This document shows positions 37,401 through 38,287 of a DNA stretch of 38,287 bases, piece after piece; the first letter of the stretch is position 1; the number at the start of each line of letters is the position of its first letter. Below the pieces are notes generated by a model, which worked only from the letters and a program-made list of their open reading frames with translations, searched no databases and was not told the DNA's origin. The DNA comes from a virus (taxonomy: Duplodnaviria; Caudoviricetes). The stretch spans positions 1 to 38,287 of the IMG/VR virus record IMGVR_UViG_3300027861_000078. One strand, given 5' to 3'. The position numbers and the translations under genes are program-made.

Positions 37401-38287
37401 TGCAAGAAATAATAGATAGTAACATAAGCGTTTCTGAAAAACTAGCTATTATTGATCTACTATCACTTAATCAAAGAGGTGCTATTAGAAAAATGTATAC
37501 TTTTGGTGAGACTGTGACTGATAAAGTTAAAAAACCCGCTACAGAATTAGTTTTAGAGCATGAAATAACCGTTAAAAACATGACTAAGTATCTCAGGCAG
37601 AGGATCAAAGATATATTAGAGCAGACACCGTTAGAAGAAATAATGAACCAAGCAAAAGTACACGTTTGGGACAACAGTATAGACAAGGTATTAAATGCTG
37701 AAAAAACTATTGATGGAAAAAGTCTTCGACAAGAAGGTGGTAGAACAAGGTATCAAAACCCCAATGTTAACGGGCATCTACAAAACAAAAAAGATAAAGG
37801 TTTGATAACTAATGTGCCTTCTACAATTAAACCAGTCAACAACCTACCTAAAGCTGTTCAGTTTTCTCGCTCAGCTAACAACCCAACAAAAGGTATTACC
37901 GTTCTAGATTTTGATGATACTCTAGCCACTAGTAAATCTTTAATTAGATTCACTAGACCAGATGGAACTAAAGGTACATTAAACGCTGAGCAATATGCTA
38001 GCACATATCAAGAGCTAACAGAGTTAGGTTATCAATGGGACTTCTCAGAGTTCAACAAAGTTGTTGATGGCAAGACAGCGCCGTTATTTAACAAAGCAAT
38101 GAAATTGCAAGGTAAGTTTGGTCCTGAGAATATGTTTGTATTAACAGCAAGACCTGCTGACTCTGCTCCAGCTATATTTGAATTTTTAAAAGCTAATGGT
38201 TTAAATATACCATTAAAAAATATCACTGGATTAGCTAACTCTACATCGGAAGCTAAAGCACTGTGGATTGCTGATAAAGTTGGTGAA
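31439..38287 (+). CDS. Giant polyvalent virion-ejected protein (partial, at least 2283 aa): zincin protease, sigma-like, PcfJ-like and HAD domains
   Basis: ATG at 31439 after TAAATTAA. The frame, read by eye, stays open to the window end (MNEEYLINLHSS...KALWIADKVGE), which explains its absence from the track. HELLH at 33206-33220, NPWCL at 35447-35461, DFDDTL at 37907-37924, VLTAR at 38138-38152. Confidence 0.85.
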   Translation, partial: MNEEYLINLHSSLDVEDDFPTWINAVKDNDDYLTKLHSSLDVEDDFATWKSSVMGKTKGSAGVTPNEEPKGTGSRLGRGSSGQQEIEARKRQNKTDEIIKKGLTAAYSDIFGIPEFMVPAITGASSFMTRLGANVGSLVEKGYESAIGMTKEEMIADGQNQFSRTYNQMSDVLDMMGVEKYDELTGETEDLYGLVEDGRYGDAGELLAYQAFSSAPALAITAAVPVLGSMVLGAGTAGESFEESLKNRPDETLENIWYNSLSKGAAEWGTEWAGGKLFRVINNLDPSKKVSKTVADLSMSFGNNILKKAGLGFLSEGITEGSTDFLQQKADQLIFGDIKTNQDFIRGFINTFAVGAVMGGGVSGGGRAMQGSNKNKLYHLISPKQWQIEQQKIARQIDNNAKDLKIAKENNDQDQVDVFQNNEKKLIELANKNKTDLYSKFDAMSRTEQIKYAEQMDIANKALSVVNNKNYSEQAQAQAENVSRKAFQNMFDSIGNVDLDVDVEQSIGEALKASEILDPILKKAKGINREDLTIKILNTQEEVDAVAEKEGGGIKKSDGAFIAKGKDGKATIYINKNVAAAAGATNVLGHELLHYMISRKFKTDNKSMAPLVDELKTYLKDNHSDVFVRVQQRIDNFYTNKDGTIKDGALEEYLNVFSDLISKQKIDIKEVNSKGLKSQLTDVMAGFGFGEIKLDSAKDVISFLSTYNKNINRKGLLGKLMGTKILDVGLTSKKLVEGEGVVDKESVSKDQTNSVNELAEMGWTNETWKESGADFAIKEMQSNKMLDGLIRSKYKADIVPDNFVNLVYSELVSHVKNFKPEQNDNLFGWVNSQIANKAGNVYNREFKVADEMKGAKDIGKTTKEGEVKVQVAAEKSAEMEAFEEEDLSIQGQAKKAKVDKQRYSEYRRKLGFETGSKIYNEVLDNVKKSLMMAYGTTQNITDVQLRSKAIATKLKKEYANLNSPLFKQIKNFLTYGVADTYVKRGTKDTYISNLKKFREDIVKNTSTADLVQMERNTPEADRIFTNFVKTLTSIEQVQDAVNREQLPPEALNKITKDKKTGKGAFSPSLYNKIMPTETELVSWADQPGINPVTGARQGLKGTRKDGLAMRMVNGLVTDAIMEARQSEEVQSKIAEMDIDPGSVAELGAAIGREVNVKFSKSNAIGDISAAIDGMGDVNVYSQIKFSKSHREAYEKQLTKRRPDLTEKQRKNAVQSVFDFVDGKEIPNNKKSKYEKMAMHYTANGFLILPEDGYKVIEAEKIATQKKLDPFSFKNPNVLIETFVGGVKGTRTNPDNVKTFSNKTQFAGGVTVYNVEDSKQGQADTRKVIDTHFGKESNPWCLAARTKSGTEGGDVITEVEYNGLENVIKDQYLNERYEYGVAEILVKNTNKQKVKKLVAKLLAEYSVNGTNKYKYEVSTEPAAISIFADGKKGDVQVSITKIDQPVNLDNAWFQWKHYNKEGNGHQIAFQNGRLVAFRDGKNDPQWWDRNDKPTSGVVVRGKKVDGFKEVIEVDKTKETLLYYEKVTGDRKNGTTIEKDLDGSLVLQETKKDGQFYGERIKVTDKGEYKTTFTENYRKGGKRYNFKEERVYTDKKTSVGTSVGKGEVINLNNITKYERSFAEKDFEVSAERIIIEGTVNQKYFKEFNDPSSATGFAKTNLKYLTPTYERYYSMQGQKVTVVETNGRDQYSSELFIENKYPETIREADQIVEKEIAKGRTAIVMEREGDFYVSILENVQEGNNVTVDGVVQGPRVKFSKSAENNVKFSLSEAQQDRKILPAILKKQIQVERRILKQATEEDLVLLESLGDFENAITSGLQYEEAYSNFVSNLPPNTAALLVDFKNIEAFEQYVVNIKVPQIRKLGLDAAGVYFKNKFNKLTTTKDKVDLVNKFLTNIGISARGGKGLVKSYTNQQLLEGPVTKIFGKKFVEKHFNLEEVKKGKTVRYSYDGKSYEKVTLYKDIDTIKESRGKTSVVKEVNGEAKEARAFVQEIIDSNISVSEKLAIIDLLSLNQRGAIRKMYTFGETVTDKVKKPATELVLEHEITVKNMTKYLRQRIKDILEQTPLEEIMNQAKVHVWDNSIDKVLNAEKTIDGKSLRQEGGRTRYQNPNVNGHLQNKKDKGLITNVPSTIKPVNNLPKAVQFSRSANNPTKGITVLDFDDTLATSKSLIRFTRPDGTKGTLNAEQYASTYQELTELGYQWDFSEFNKVVDGKTAPLFNKAMKLQGKFGPENMFVLTARPADSAPAIFEFLKANGLNIPLKNITGLANSTSEAKALWIADKVGE
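31451..31585 (+). repeat. Two-copy 54-nt direct repeat (81-nt period) at the N-terminus of the giant ORF
   Basis: YLINLHSSLDVEDDFPTW (31451-31504) and YLTKLHSSLDVEDDFATW (31532-31585). Confidence 0.9.

Noticed and set aside
37907-37921. DFDDT as a crAss-type virion RNA polymerase catalytic motif (DFDID/DxDGD)
   Set aside because: The sequence is DxDDT preceded by a hydrophobic strand and followed by LTAR, which is the HAD signature. No DxDxD polymerase loop was seen in the visible part of the ORF.
31531-38226. Many short minus-strand ORFs in the track
   Set aside because: They are antisense shadows of the giant + strand ORF, with F/L/S-rich composition from reverse-complemented Lys/Glu codons.

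Overview
The whole window is the + strand morphogenesis arm of a tailed dsDNA phage. It is most likely a marine/aquatic podovirus of Bacteroidota (Flavobacteriia), with a distantly crAss-like gene order. That assignment is inferred from gene order, AT-rich SD-less start regions and protein motifs, not from a database search. Gene order: two LamG/carbohydrate-binding-module receptor-binding proteins; small conserved genes including a Lys/Thr-rich basic protein and a tandem GroES-like protein; probable terminase small subunit; an intercalated beta-rich gene; terminase large subunit; portal; scaffold; major capsid protein followed by a UUCG terminator; head-tail ring proteins; a 2883-aa tail protein with Cys-rich GCxD repeats and an FN3 domain; a GNAT protein; and internal virion/ejection proteins. 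The ORF track misses a very large gene: an ORF from 31439 runs open off the end of the window (at least 2283 aa). It looks like a virion-delivered polyvalent protein, with hydrophobic Gly-rich segments, an HExxH zincin protease, a sigma-factor region-2-like segment, a WC-motif (PcfJ-like) domain and a HAD phosphatase. Its modules are separated by a recurring [VI]-[KQ]-F-S-x-S motif. This self-processing injected payload is the best candidate for an undescribed system. No tRNA, rRNA, CRISPR array, integrase or transposase was seen.
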